DNA of 64,000 nt from an uncultured Gemmatimonadales bacterium (GTDB lineage: Bacteria > Gemmatimonadota > Gemmatimonadetes > Longimicrobiales > RSA9). The stretch lies in assembly GCA_963786235.1 (NCBI GenBank), contig CAWAYJ010000003.1, positions 18,236 through 82,235 on the forward strand. Direction: 5' to 3'. Numbering within the stretch: position 1 is the stretch's first letter; each line of letters begins with the position of its first letter. Positions 55,404-64,000 of this stretch are shown one piece after another. Made by a program: the position numbers and the translations under genes. Below the pieces are notes generated by a model that was not told where the DNA came from, searched no databases, and worked only from the letters and a program-made list of their open reading frames with translations.

Positions 55404-56552
55404 CTACTTCCCGGTCGCGTGCCAGGCCGCGAGCACTTCCTTCTCGCGCTCCGGCTTGATGCCGCTCCGCAGGTTCTGCTGCTGCGCTTCCGGCCGGGTC
55501 TTGTGCCACGCCAGCGTGTCGCGCGCCGTGACCTCGAGCGGCCGGTAGGTCAGCCCCTTGGCGACCGCGCGCGCGACGCTCACCGCCATGAAGCCCATGG
55601 TCTCCTCGGTGAGCGGCACCCAGACGGGCATGTCGGACCAGCCGCGCACCTTCTGCTCGGTGAGGAAGTCCTGGTCCACGAACGTGAGCTTCGCATCGGA
55701 GCCGATCGCCTTGCGGATGCCCTCGAGCATGTCGCCCATCGGCCGCGGCTGGTCGGGTCCCGTCGCGTTGAACACGCCGACCTCGCCATCCTCGGCCATG
55801 CGGATCGTCCACTCGGCAAGGTCGCGCGCGTCGATGATCTGGGTCGGGTCCTTCGGCGTGCCCGGCGCCAGCACCTCGCCGCCCCGGTCGATGCGGACCG
55901 GCCAGTACGTGAAGCGGTCCGTCTGGTCGCCCGGCCCCACGATCAAGCCGGGCCGGATGATGGTCGCGCGGCCCGGGAACCAGTAGGCGGCTTCGCGCTC
56001 GGAGAGCGCCTTGAGCGCGCCGTAGAAACGGCCGGCCTGCGCGATGGGCAGCGTGAACGGGTCCTGCTCACCTTCGTATACGGCGACCGGCGCGGTCTCG
56101 TCCATCCCGACCTGACTGTTGTCCGGGTAGACGGAGATCGTCGAGATGAAGATGTACTGGCCGGCCGCGTCCTTGAGCAGCGAGCCCGCCGTGCGCACCC
56201 AGTTCGGCAGCGTCGTCGGGTTGTCGATGACGACGTCCCACTCCCGTCCTTTCAGGGCCTCGATATTGTCGTTCCGGTCGCCCTGCAGGTGCTCGACGCT
56301 ATCGGGCAGGTCGGCCTGGCTGCGGCCGCGGTTGAATACGGTTACGGTGTGGCCGCGCGAGACCGCGTAGCGCACCTGGTGCGGTCCGGTGAAGCCGGTG
56401 CCGCCGAGGATCAGGAGCTTGAGCGGCCGGCGCGCGGGCTCAACCGCATCCTTCCGCGTGGTCATGCCCGCGAGGCTGGCCGGCAGGCCGAGGCCGAGCG
56501 CGCCGCTCGCGGCGGCCGCCGTCGTCAGGAACTGTCTGCGATTCGTCGCCAT
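55404..56552 (-). CDS. NAD-dependent epimerase/dehydratase (extended SDR) with Tat-type signal
   Basis: MATNRRQFLTTAAAASGALGL twin-arginine leader and the LILGGTGFTGPHQV Rossmann motif. Confidence 0.8.
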   Translation of the reverse strand: MATNRRQFLTTAAAASGALGLGLPASLAGMTTRKDAVEPARRPLKLLILGGTGFTGPHQVRYAVSRGHTVTVFNRGRSQADLPDSVEHLQGDRNDNIEALKGREWDVVIDNPTTLPNWVRTAGSLLKDAAGQYIFISTISVYPDNSQVGMDETAPVAVYEGEQDPFTLPIAQAGRFYGALKALSEREAAYWFPGRATIIRPGLIVGPGDQTDRFTYWPVRIDRGGEVLAPGTPKDPTQIIDARDLAEWTIRMAEDGEVGVFNATGPDQPRPMGDMLEGIRKAIGSDAKLTFVDQDFLTEQKVRGWSDMPVWVPLTEETMGFMAVSVARAVAKGLTYRPLEVTARDTLAWHKTRPEAQQQNLRSGIKPEREKEVLAAWHATGK

Positions 56553-56608
56553 CGGTTCGTCTCTCGCCTTTTCGGTTCGCCGTGCGGGCGAACGGTTTCG
56601 TTTGCGGT

Positions 56609-57967
56609 TCAGGGTACGGGGTTCGTCGCCGCCGCTCCGGTCGTCGTCGCGTCAGCCGCCAGCACGTCCTGCCGCCGGCCCAGCCAGAGCGCGTTGAAGA
56701 GCCAGCCGAGCGAGACGGGCACCGCGATCAGCGCGACGCCGCCGATGCCGAGGCCGAGCGCGGACAGCCCGCGCTCGACCCACGCGCCGACCTGGTCGCC
56801 GAAGCGATAGACGAACGTGTCGATGAAGTTCTTGGCCTTGTACTTGTCTTCGCGCCGGAGCACCGTGTACAGCAATTCCCGGGTGGGCCGGGCGACCGCG
56901 AAGTTGCCCGCGCGCCGGAGCACCTGGAACACGACCACGACGGCGAGCATGGGTGCGACGCCGAGCGCGAGGAACCCGATCACGGAAAGCGCGGGCAACA
57001 ACGCCAGCGTCCAGGCCACGCCCAGCCAGCGCACCAGCTTCGCCGTGAGCCATGCCTGCAGCACGACCGTGATCAGGTTGACGGCGAGGTCGATGCGCGC
57101 GAACAACGCCGTGCGGACAGCACGGTCCGTCACGACCGCATCGATGATCCGGCCCTGCTGGATGTAGAGGAAGGTCGAGCCGAACGTGAAGAGCAGGAAG
57201 AACAGGCAGATGTTCAACAGATAGGGCGACCTGCTGACGTGCTTGATCCCGTCCGTGAAGCGTCCGCCGATCGTCTCCTCCGACTGCGCGGCCACCTCGA
57301 GCTTCAGGTGCTCGGGCGCATCCTGCCGGACGTGCCGGGCCAGCGCGCGCGTGCACCAGACGGCCAGCTCGAGGATCACGATGCTGACCAGCAGCAGGTT
57401 GGTCGGTCCGACGATCTCGGCGAAGAAGGCGGTGACGGACGAACCGGACACGGCGCCGAGCGTACCGCCGAGCGCGATGAACGCGAACAGGCGGCGGCCC
57501 TGCTCGTTGCGGAAGATGTCCGTGATGAAGGACCAGAAGACGGAGACCACGAACAGGTTGAACACACTGACCCAGATGAAGAACGCGCGCCCGATCCAGA
57601 TCCCCTCGCTCTCGGGCAGAAAGCGCAGCATCAGGAAGAAGGCCAGCAGGACCAGCATCAGGAACCGGTACGTGACCGGGATGAACCGCTTGCGGGGCAA
57701 CCAGGCGACGAGCGCGCCGAAGAACGATGTCGCGATCAGCGTCCCGATCAGCGTGCCCATGAACAGCCACGGGTAGTTGTTCACGCCGCCCGCCACGCCC
57801 ATCTCGTCCCGGATCGGGCGCATCACGTAGTACGCCATCAAGACGAGGAAGTAGTAGAGCGCGGACAGCAGCAGCGCCGACAGCTCGCCCGGCCGCACAT
57901 CCACGATCCGCTGCACCAGCCGGAACGCGCGGGACTCGGATTCGGGACGGGTTGCGTCGCCGTTCAT
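56609..57967 (-). CDS. MFS-fold transporter of the ATP:ADP antiporter (TLC/Npt)-like family
   Basis: 452 aa, about 12 TM. The N-terminus RPGELSALLLSALYYFLVLMAYYVMRPIRDEMG resembles the TLC-like family. Confidence 0.55.
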   Translation of the reverse strand: MNGDATRPESESRAFRLVQRIVDVRPGELSALLLSALYYFLVLMAYYVMRPIRDEMGVAGGVNNYPWLFMGTLIGTLIATSFFGALVAWLPRKRFIPVTYRFLMLVLLAFFLMLRFLPESEGIWIGRAFFIWVSVFNLFVVSVFWSFITDIFRNEQGRRLFAFIALGGTLGAVSGSSVTAFFAEIVGPTNLLLVSIVILELAVWCTRALARHVRQDAPEHLKLEVAAQSEETIGGRFTDGIKHVSRSPYLLNICLFFLLFTFGSTFLYIQQGRIIDAVVTDRAVRTALFARIDLAVNLITVVLQAWLTAKLVRWLGVAWTLALLPALSVIGFLALGVAPMLAVVVVFQVLRRAGNFAVARPTRELLYTVLRREDKYKAKNFIDTFVYRFGDQVGAWVERGLSALGLGIGGVALIAVPVSLGWLFNALWLGRRQDVLAADATTTGAAATNPVP

Positions 57968-58224
57968 GCGGTTACGGCCTCCTCCCGGAGTGCGGGACTC
58001 ACTCGGCTCGGCGCGGAGACTTGCACGCAGCCAGGACCGCCCGCTTCCGCCCGGGCGTCACTACGAAGCGCGACCCGTCCCGCCGCGCGGCGGGCGCCGA
58101 CTCCGAATGCCACCCCCCCGGACGAAACGATGGGGACACCGGGGGAACGTTCGGGGTGGGCGGCGAGCGGAAATGATAGGGAACGTTCGGGGGCGGCGCC
58201 AACGGCGCGGGGATGGGAGGCGTG

Positions 58225-58389
58225 CCGGGTGGGGCGAGATGCGGGGTTCGGGGAGCGGAGGCGGAAGCGGACGCGTTTGCGGGGGACGGAGCGGGAGCGG
58301 GCATGGTCCGCTCCCGCCCCCGCCGCCCCCGCCAACGCTCCCGCAAACGCCTCCGCCTCCGCCCCCTCCCGCAATCCCTCCCCACCCGG
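58225..58389. repeat. GC-rich palindromic repeat element, copy C (full, two ~80-nt arms)
   Basis: Left arm: CCGGGTGGGG...GGAGCGGAGGCGGAAGCGGACGCGTTTGCGGGGG.... Right arm: ...CCCGCAAACGCCTCCGCCTCCGCCCCC...CCCCACCCGG. Centre near 58307. It ends 11 nt before the M28 ATG. Confidence 0.85.
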
Positions 58390-58400
58390 TACTCTACGAC

Positions 58401-59369
58401 ATGACCGCGCATTTTCGCCGGCCGGCAACGGCCCTGTTCCTCGCTCTTGCCCTGCACACTCCGTTGGCCGCGCAGGTTGCCGCCCCGCGAACCCTCGCCG
58501 TCCCCGTCGATTCCGCCTCGCTGCTCACGGACCTCCGGGTGCTGGCGGCGGACTCGATGGAGGGGCGGCGGACGGGGACGCCGGGGGCGGAGCGGGCGCG
58601 CCGGTACATCGAGGCGCGGTTCCGGGCACTGGGCGTCCAGCCGTTCGGGGACGGACGGGTACCGCCAGACGTTCGAGATGACGGCGGGCCGTGTGTCGGC
58701 GCGGCCGGACGGGACCAACCTCGTCGGCCGGATCACCGGCCGGGACACGAGTCGCGTGATCGTCGTCACGGCGCACTACGACCATCTCGGTGTGCGCAAC
58801 GGCCAGGTGTACAACGGCGCGGACGACAACGCGTCGGGCGTCGCCGCGCATGCTCGCGGTCGCCCGCACGCTCGGCCGCGAGACAGCCTCGGCACACCAT
58901 CCTGCTGGTGGCGCTGGACGCGGAGGAGATCGGACTGCTGGGCGCGCGCGCGTTCGTCGCGGACCCGCCCGTCAGCCGCGACGCCATCGCGGTCGACCTC
59001 AACTTCGACATGGTCAGCCGGAACGCGGCCGGCGAGCTGTGGGTCGCCGGCACGTACGAGTACCCGTTCCTGAAGGGGTTCGTCGAAGCGCTGGCGAAGC
59101 GGGCGCCCGTCTCGCTCCGGCTCGGGCACGACCGGCCGGACGGCGCGACCGGCGACGACTGGACGGACCAGTCCGATCAGGGCGCATTCCACGGTGCGGG
59201 TATCCCGTTCCTCTACTTCGGCGTCGAGGATCATCCGGACTACCACCGTCCGACCGACGACTACGCGAACATCGCGCCGGCCTTCTTCATCGCCGCGACT
59301 GCCACGCTCATCGACGCCGTCACCTCGCTCGACGCGCAGCTCGATACGACCGTTCCCCGCCGCCACTGA
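58401..59369 (+). pseudogene. M28 aminopeptidase with three +1 frame excursions (58649-58656, about 58849, about 58883) that together restore the frame
   Basis: The frame-0 ORF stays open, but the conserved DGYRQTFEM...VIVVTAHYDHLGV...NGADDNASGVAA is in the +1 frame. MLAVARTLGRE is in the +2 frame. HTILLVALDAEEIGLLGA is back in frame 0. Confidence 0.8.
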
Positions 59370-59463
59370 GGCCGCGCGCCGATTGCGAGGCGCGCGCCGG
59401 CCCGGCACATTCGGATCGGTGCGGGGCGTCCGCCGCCAGGACCCCGGAACGCAAGGACCCTGA

Positions 59464-60702
59464 ATGAACCGAATCCGCCTCACGCTCGCCCTCGCCACGG
59501 GCCTGTTCGCGACAGCCGCGCTCGCCCGCCCCCTGACCGCGCAGGTCACGCACATGGAAATCGCACGGCGCGTGCTCGCAGCCACGCCCCTGATCGACGG
59601 CCACAACGACCTGCCCTGGGCCATCCGCGAGTCGGCGAGCGCGCCGCGCGACGTGCCGGCGTACGACCTGCGCGGGCGGGCCCCGGGACACACCGACATC
59701 CCACGCCTCCGCGCGGGCATGCTGGGCGCGCAGTTCTGGTCCGTGTACATCCCGTCGAACAGCGTGGAGACGGGCGCGGCGAAGATGCAACTCGAGCAGA
59801 TCGACATTGCGAAGCAGATCTTCGCGCGCTACCCGGACGTGTTCCAGGAGGCGACGTCGCCGGACGCGGTGCTCGACGCGTTCGGCAACGGCCGGATCGC
59901 GTCCATCATCGGGCTCGAGGGCGGCCACGCCATCGAGAACTCGCTCGGCACGTTGCGCGCGTACTACGATCTCGGCGCACGCTACCTGACGCTGACGCAC
60001 TCGGACAACATCGACTGGGCCGACTCGGGCACGGACGAGCCCGAGCACCACGGCCTCACGGAGTTCGGCAGGGAAGTGATCCGCGAGATGAACCGGCTCG
60101 GCATGCTGGCCGACCTCTCGCATACGTCGGTCGAGACCATGAACGACGTGCTCGACGTGACCGAGGCGCCCGTCATCTTCTCGCACTCCTCCACCCGCGC
60201 GCTCGTCGACCATCCGCGCAACGTGCCCGACGACGTGCTCCGCCGCCTGAGCGAGAACGGCGGCGTCATCATGATCACGTTCGTGCCCTCCTTCGTCAGC
60301 AACGCGGTGAAGGACTACGCGGCGCTGCCGGAGGCGGAGCGGCAGAAGACGCCCGCGCCACGCGCGACGATGGCGGACGTGATCGCGCACATCGAACGCG
60401 CGCGTGACGTCGCGGGCATCGACCACGTCGGCATCGGCGGCGACTTCGACGGCATCACGTCGGTGCCGATCGGTCTGGAAGACGTCTCGACCTACCCGGC
60501 GCTGTTCGCCGAGCTGTCGCGTCGCGGCTGGAGCGAGGCGGACCTGCGCAAGCTTGCGGGCGAGAACCTGCTCCGCGCGTGGCGGCAGGCCGAGTCGGTG
60601 GCCGCGCGGCTGCAGCGGCTCCGCGGCCCGTCCACCGCCACTATCGAACAGCTCGACCATGCGACCAACAAATCCGAACCGGCCGTGACAGGCGGTTCGT
60701 GA
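59464..60702 (+). CDS. membrane dipeptidase (M19, renal dipeptidase family)
   Basis: LIDGHNDLPWAIRE, GLEGGHAIENSL and DLSHTS motifs, with a signal peptide. Confidence 0.9.
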   Translation: MNRIRLTLALATGLFATAALARPLTAQVTHMEIARRVLAATPLIDGHNDLPWAIRESASAPRDVPAYDLRGRAPGHTDIPRLRAGMLGAQFWSVYIPSNSVETGAAKMQLEQIDIAKQIFARYPDVFQEATSPDAVLDAFGNGRIASIIGLEGGHAIENSLGTLRAYYDLGARYLTLTHSDNIDWADSGTDEPEHHGLTEFGREVIREMNRLGMLADLSHTSVETMNDVLDVTEAPVIFSHSSTRALVDHPRNVPDDVLRRLSENGGVIMITFVPSFVSNAVKDYAALPEAERQKTPAPRATMADVIAHIERARDVAGIDHVGIGGDFDGITSVPIGLEDVSTYPALFAELSRRGWSEADLRKLAGENLLRAWRQAESVAARLQRLRGPSTATIEQLDHATNKSEPAVTGGS

Positions 60703-60716
60703 CAAGGAGGCACACC

Positions 60717-61619
60717 ATGTTCCGGCCCGTCGCGCAGCTCTGCGCCGCAGCCCTGATCGCAGTTTCCGCCACCGCGCTCACCGCGCAGGAACAGCCCGGC
60801 CCGCTCGTCTCAACGCAGTGGCTGGCGAGTCACCTCGACGATCCCGGCGTTCTCGTCGTCCAGATCGATGGCCGCCGCGACGCGTACGACGCCGGGCACA
60901 TCCCGGGCTCCCGCTTCATCGTGCAGTCCTCGATCGTCGTCAACACCGGCCCCGGCTACGAGCTGCCCTCGCCCGACTCGCTCGACCGCGTGCTCGAGGC
61001 GGCGGGCGTGAGCGACGATGTGCACGTCGTCATCGTGACCGGCTCCATCCTCGCCGCGACCCGGCTCTGGCTCACGCTCGACTGGCTCGGCCACGGCGAT
61101 GACACCTCCATCCTCGATGGCGGGATCCCGCGCTGGCAGGCGGAGAACCGGCCGCTCGTTGCCGCCGCGCCCGCCGCGCGGCGCGGCTCGTTCACGCCGC
61201 GGCCGCGCCCGGACATGCTCGTCGACGCCGACTGGATCGCGGCCCGGCTCGAGGATCCGGCCGTCGCGCTCATCGACGCACGCTCCGACGCCGAGTATAC
61301 GGGCGCCGACGGCGGCATGGGCGGCCAGGTGCACGCCGGCCACATTCCGGGCGCCGGACACGTGTTCGCCGATGCGCTGGTGGTATCGACGACGACGGAT
61401 CCTCGGTTCCTGCCGGTGGCCGAGCTGCGCGCGAAATTCGAGGAGGCCGGCGCCGGACCGGACAAGGCCGTCGTCGCCTACTGCATGATCGGGGCGCGGG
61501 CCAGCCTCGACTACTTCGTCGGCCGCATGCTGGGATACGACATGCGGTTCTACGACGGCTCGTGGCACGACTGGGGCGCCCGCGACCTGCCGTTCGTCGG
61601 CGGCAACAACCGACGCTGA
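60717..61619 (+). CDS. tandem-rhodanese sulfurtransferase (SseA/thiosulfate-3-mercaptopyruvate type), secreted
   Basis: AAGGAGG Shine-Dalgarno, two rhodanese domains, active-site loop YCMIGARAS. Confidence 0.8.
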   Translation: MFRPVAQLCAAALIAVSATALTAQEQPGPLVSTQWLASHLDDPGVLVVQIDGRRDAYDAGHIPGSRFIVQSSIVVNTGPGYELPSPDSLDRVLEAAGVSDDVHVVIVTGSILAATRLWLTLDWLGHGDDTSILDGGIPRWQAENRPLVAAAPAARRGSFTPRPRPDMLVDADWIAARLEDPAVALIDARSDAEYTGADGGMGGQVHAGHIPGAGHVFADALVVSTTTDPRFLPVAELRAKFEEAGAGPDKAVVAYCMIGARASLDYFVGRMLGYDMRFYDGSWHDWGARDLPFVGGNNRR

Positions 61620-61781
61620 GGGCGGAGGGAACCGTCATGGCGGGCCGGTGTCTGCAACTGCTGGCCCCGGCCCGATCATGACCGTCCCGCGCGGGGCACG
61701 GTGAATCTTCTCCGACGTCGCGGCCCGCGTTCCCGGCCGCGCGGGTCCGCACCTTCGCACCCCGACTCACGGAGGCAACGG

Positions 61782-63657
61782 ATGTCGTTTCCTGCGACGT
61801 CGCGCGCCGCGCGCCCGGCGATCCTCGCGCTCACGGTGATCCTCTCGCTGCCGGGCGGGCTGCTCGCGCAGCGCACGGTCAAACCCGTGCTGCACGGCCG
61901 GCACTGGGTCGCCATCACGGGCAAGCCGCTGGGCGCAACCGCGGGTGCCATGATGTTCCAGAAGGGCGGCAACGCGGTGGACGCCGCGGCCGCGATGATC
62001 GCCGCCACCGCGACCATGTGGGACGTGCTCTCCTGGGGCGGTGAGACGCAGGCGCTGATCTGGAACCCGGTCGAGAAGAAGGTGATCGCGATCAACGCGC
62101 TCGGTTTCGCGCCGACTGGAGCGACCCCGGCCTACTACCACTCGAAGGGCCTCGACTTCCCGCCCGAGTACGGCCCGCTCGCGGCGGTGACGCCCGGTAC
62201 GCCCGGCGGGATCCTGACCATGCTCGCGAACTGGGGCCGGCTCAGCCTGGCGGACGTGCTCGCGCCCGCCATTCGAGATGGCCGATGGCTACCCGATCGA
62301 GGCGCAGACCGCCAACTCGATCGAGAGCAACAAGGCGTGGCTGAAGCAGTGGCCCTACTCGAAGGTGACCATGCTGCCGCACCTCGGCGAGGCGCGCGAG
62401 GCGCCGTATCCCGGTGAGATCTTCAAGCAGCCCGACCTCGCCGGCACGCTCCGCAAGCTGGTCGACGCCGAGAAGCAGGCACTCGCCGCCGGCGCGAACC
62501 GGCACGACGCGATCATGGCCGCGTACAACCGCTTCTACAAGGGCGACATCGCGCAGGAGATCGCCCGTTCGACGCAGGAGCAGGGCGGTCTCATCACGGT
62601 CCAGGACCTGGCCAACTGGAAGGTGCGCATCGAGGAGCCGCTCAAGACCAGCTACAAGGGAATCGACGTCTACAAGCTGCAGCAGTGGACGCAGGGACCG
62701 GTGCTGCTGCAGACGCTCAACATCCTCGAGAACTTCGACCTGAAGGCGATGGGCTACAACAGCGTGCGCTACATCCACACGCTCTACCAGGCCATGAGCC
62801 TCGCGTTCGCCGATCGCGACTTCTACTACGGCGATCCGTACTTCCCGCCCGAAGAGCCAATGCAGGGATTGCTCTCCAAGGACTACGCCCGCGAACGCGC
62901 GAAGCTGATCAACCCGGACCGGAACGATCCCGATATCAAGCCGGGCGACCCGTACCTGTTCCAGAACGGGACCAATCCGTTCCTCAACTACCTCGAGACG
63001 TGGAACGCGAACAAGAGTGCGACGCCGGGCGGCGCGCCCGAGCCGGCCGATTCCGCGTTCCTCGACAGCTTCTACTCCGGGACCACGTCCGTGCAGGCCG
63101 CGGACGAGGAGGGCTGGGTCGTGTCCGTGACGCCGAGCGGTGGCTGGGTCCCCGCCGTGATCGCCGGCCGAACCGGCGTCGGCCTGAGCGAGCGCGCGCA
63201 GAGCTTCGTGCTCGACCCCGCGGAGGGCCCCTACAACGTGATCGAGCCGGGCAAGCGGCCGCGCGTCACGCTCACGCCCAGCCTCGCCGTCAAGGACGGC
63301 AAGCCGTTCCTCTCGTTCGCCGTGCAGGGCGGCGACAGCCAGGACCAGAACCTGCTCCAGTTCTTCCTCGACGTGGCCGAGTTCGGGATGAACGTGCAGC
63401 AGGCCGCCGAGGCCGCCAACTTCAACAGCTACCAGATGCACAGCTCGTTCGGCGCCCACGAGTCCCGCCCCGGCGCCATGATGATCAACGACGAGACCTC
63501 GCCCTGGGTCATGGCCGAGCTCCGCCGCATGGGGTACATGCTGGAGCCGACGCATCTCACGTCCGGGCCGATCAACGCCATCTTCTTCGATTGGGCGCAC
63601 GGGTCGTTCTGGGGCGGGTCGAGCAATCATGGGGAGGACTACGGGATAGCCTGGTAA
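61782..63657 (+). pseudogene. ggt: gamma-glutamyltransferase, one apparent +1 frameshift near 62274
   Basis: The N-terminus ends ...SLADVLAPAI in frame 0. It continues EMADGYPIEAQ...GTTSVQAADEEGW (catalytic Thr region) in the +1 frame. GGAGG Shine-Dalgarno before the ATG at 61782. Confidence 0.8.
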
Positions 63658-63666
63658 CGGATCGTT

Positions 63667-63735
63667 GGGCGGGGGCGGAGGCGGAGGCGTTTGCGGGATG
63701 GGGAGCGGGGGCGGCGGGAGCGGGGGGGGACCCGG
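63667..63735. repeat. GC-rich repeat element, copy D (single G-rich arm)
   Basis: GGGCGGGGGCGGAGGCGGAGGCGTTTGCGGGATGGGGAGCGGGGGCGGCGGGAGCGGGGGGGG, 10 nt after the ggt stop. Confidence 0.85.
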
Positions 63736-63861
63736 GTCGCGACACACACGGAGCGCAATGACGGATGCGGTTTCCACGGTGCTGGTGGCTGCGCCTCGAT
63801 CCGGCCTGGGATCCACCGCGGGAGAATCCGCGGTTCAAGGTCCTGGTCGGAGGGGAGTAGC

Positions 63862-64000
63862 TCAGCGGACCTTGTCCACCACCATGAGCAGCAGCAGGGC
63901 GGGCAGGTAGAGGACCGAACCCAGAAAGACCCGTCGGGCCTGGTGCTCGCTCCGCTGGTAGACGAGCGTGCCGCCGAGCAGCAGAAACGCGGTGCCGAGC
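63862..64000 (-). CDS. C-terminal fragment of a polytopic membrane protein, heme O synthase (CtaB/CyoE)-like; continues beyond window
   Basis: The minus strand reads ...LGTAFLLLGGTLVYQRSEHQARRVFLGSVLYLPALLLLMVVDKVR-stop. It is absent from the ORF track because the start lies outside the window. The family call is tentative. Confidence 0.4.
   Translation of the reverse strand, partial: LGTAFLLLGGTLVYQRSEHQARRVFLGSVLYLPALLLLMVVDKVR

Overview
High-GC bacterial chromosomal segment: about 68-72% GC by eye over most of the window, with a lower-GC block at the left edge. Gene content suggests an aerobic, peptide-scavenging Gemmatimonadota-like organism (inference only; no search was run). The relevant content is a GWxTD-like protein, CarboxypepD_reg-like proteins, many secreted peptidases, and both cbb3 and caa3 oxidases. 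I support about 55 protein genes. I saw no rRNA, tRNA or CRISPR array.

Layout:
- 1-7.2 kb: an NHL/beta-propeller, thioredoxin-like and CarboxypepD_reg-like operon, joined by 4-nt start/stop overlaps. An intact IS3-family (IS407-group) element with a 4-bp target duplication interrupts it.
- 7.5-8.9 kb: two tandem vapBC-type toxin-antitoxin modules.
- 9-20.6 kb: GH2 glycosidase, a TolB-like propeller, a sigma-54 two-component pair whose kinase is frameshifted, an amidohydrolase and galK.
- 23-26 kb: serine-pathway genes.
- 29-37 kb: a complete ccoNOQP-ccoG-fixH-like-ccoI-ccoS cluster.
- 37.4-38.9 kb: a third TA module (phd/vapC) and a TipA-type MerR regulator.
- 39-45.6 kb: M20 peptidase, Ig-like HExxH protease, patatin and DmpA.
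- 45.7-50.9 kb: ctaA and ctaCDEF (caa3).
- 53.5-63.7 kb: M14, M28, M19 and GGT peptidases, plus an SDR, a TLC-like transporter and a rhodanese.
- Right edge: a ctaB fragment.

Observations most worth a second look:
1. A family of very GC-rich repeats with the core GGGGGCGGAGGCGGAGGCGTTTGCGGG. It occurs at four intergenic loci: two full ~150-165 bp palindromes and two single arms. Degenerate relatives occur elsewhere, including inside a TA operon.
2. An uncharacterised ~330-aa module (CarboxypepD_reg plus a conserved C-domain), present four times in three genes.
3. Seven apparent +1 indels clustered in four otherwise intact genes. They include a frame-restoring triple in the M28 gene. This is either long-read-type sequencing error or recent decay.
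4. The IS insertion cuts precisely through a lipoprotein signal peptide.
5. Tandem repeats lie around the cta operon, and the cbb3 cluster is atypical (monoheme CcoP, short FixH-like protein).

All family calls rest on motif recognition by eye and need database confirmation.
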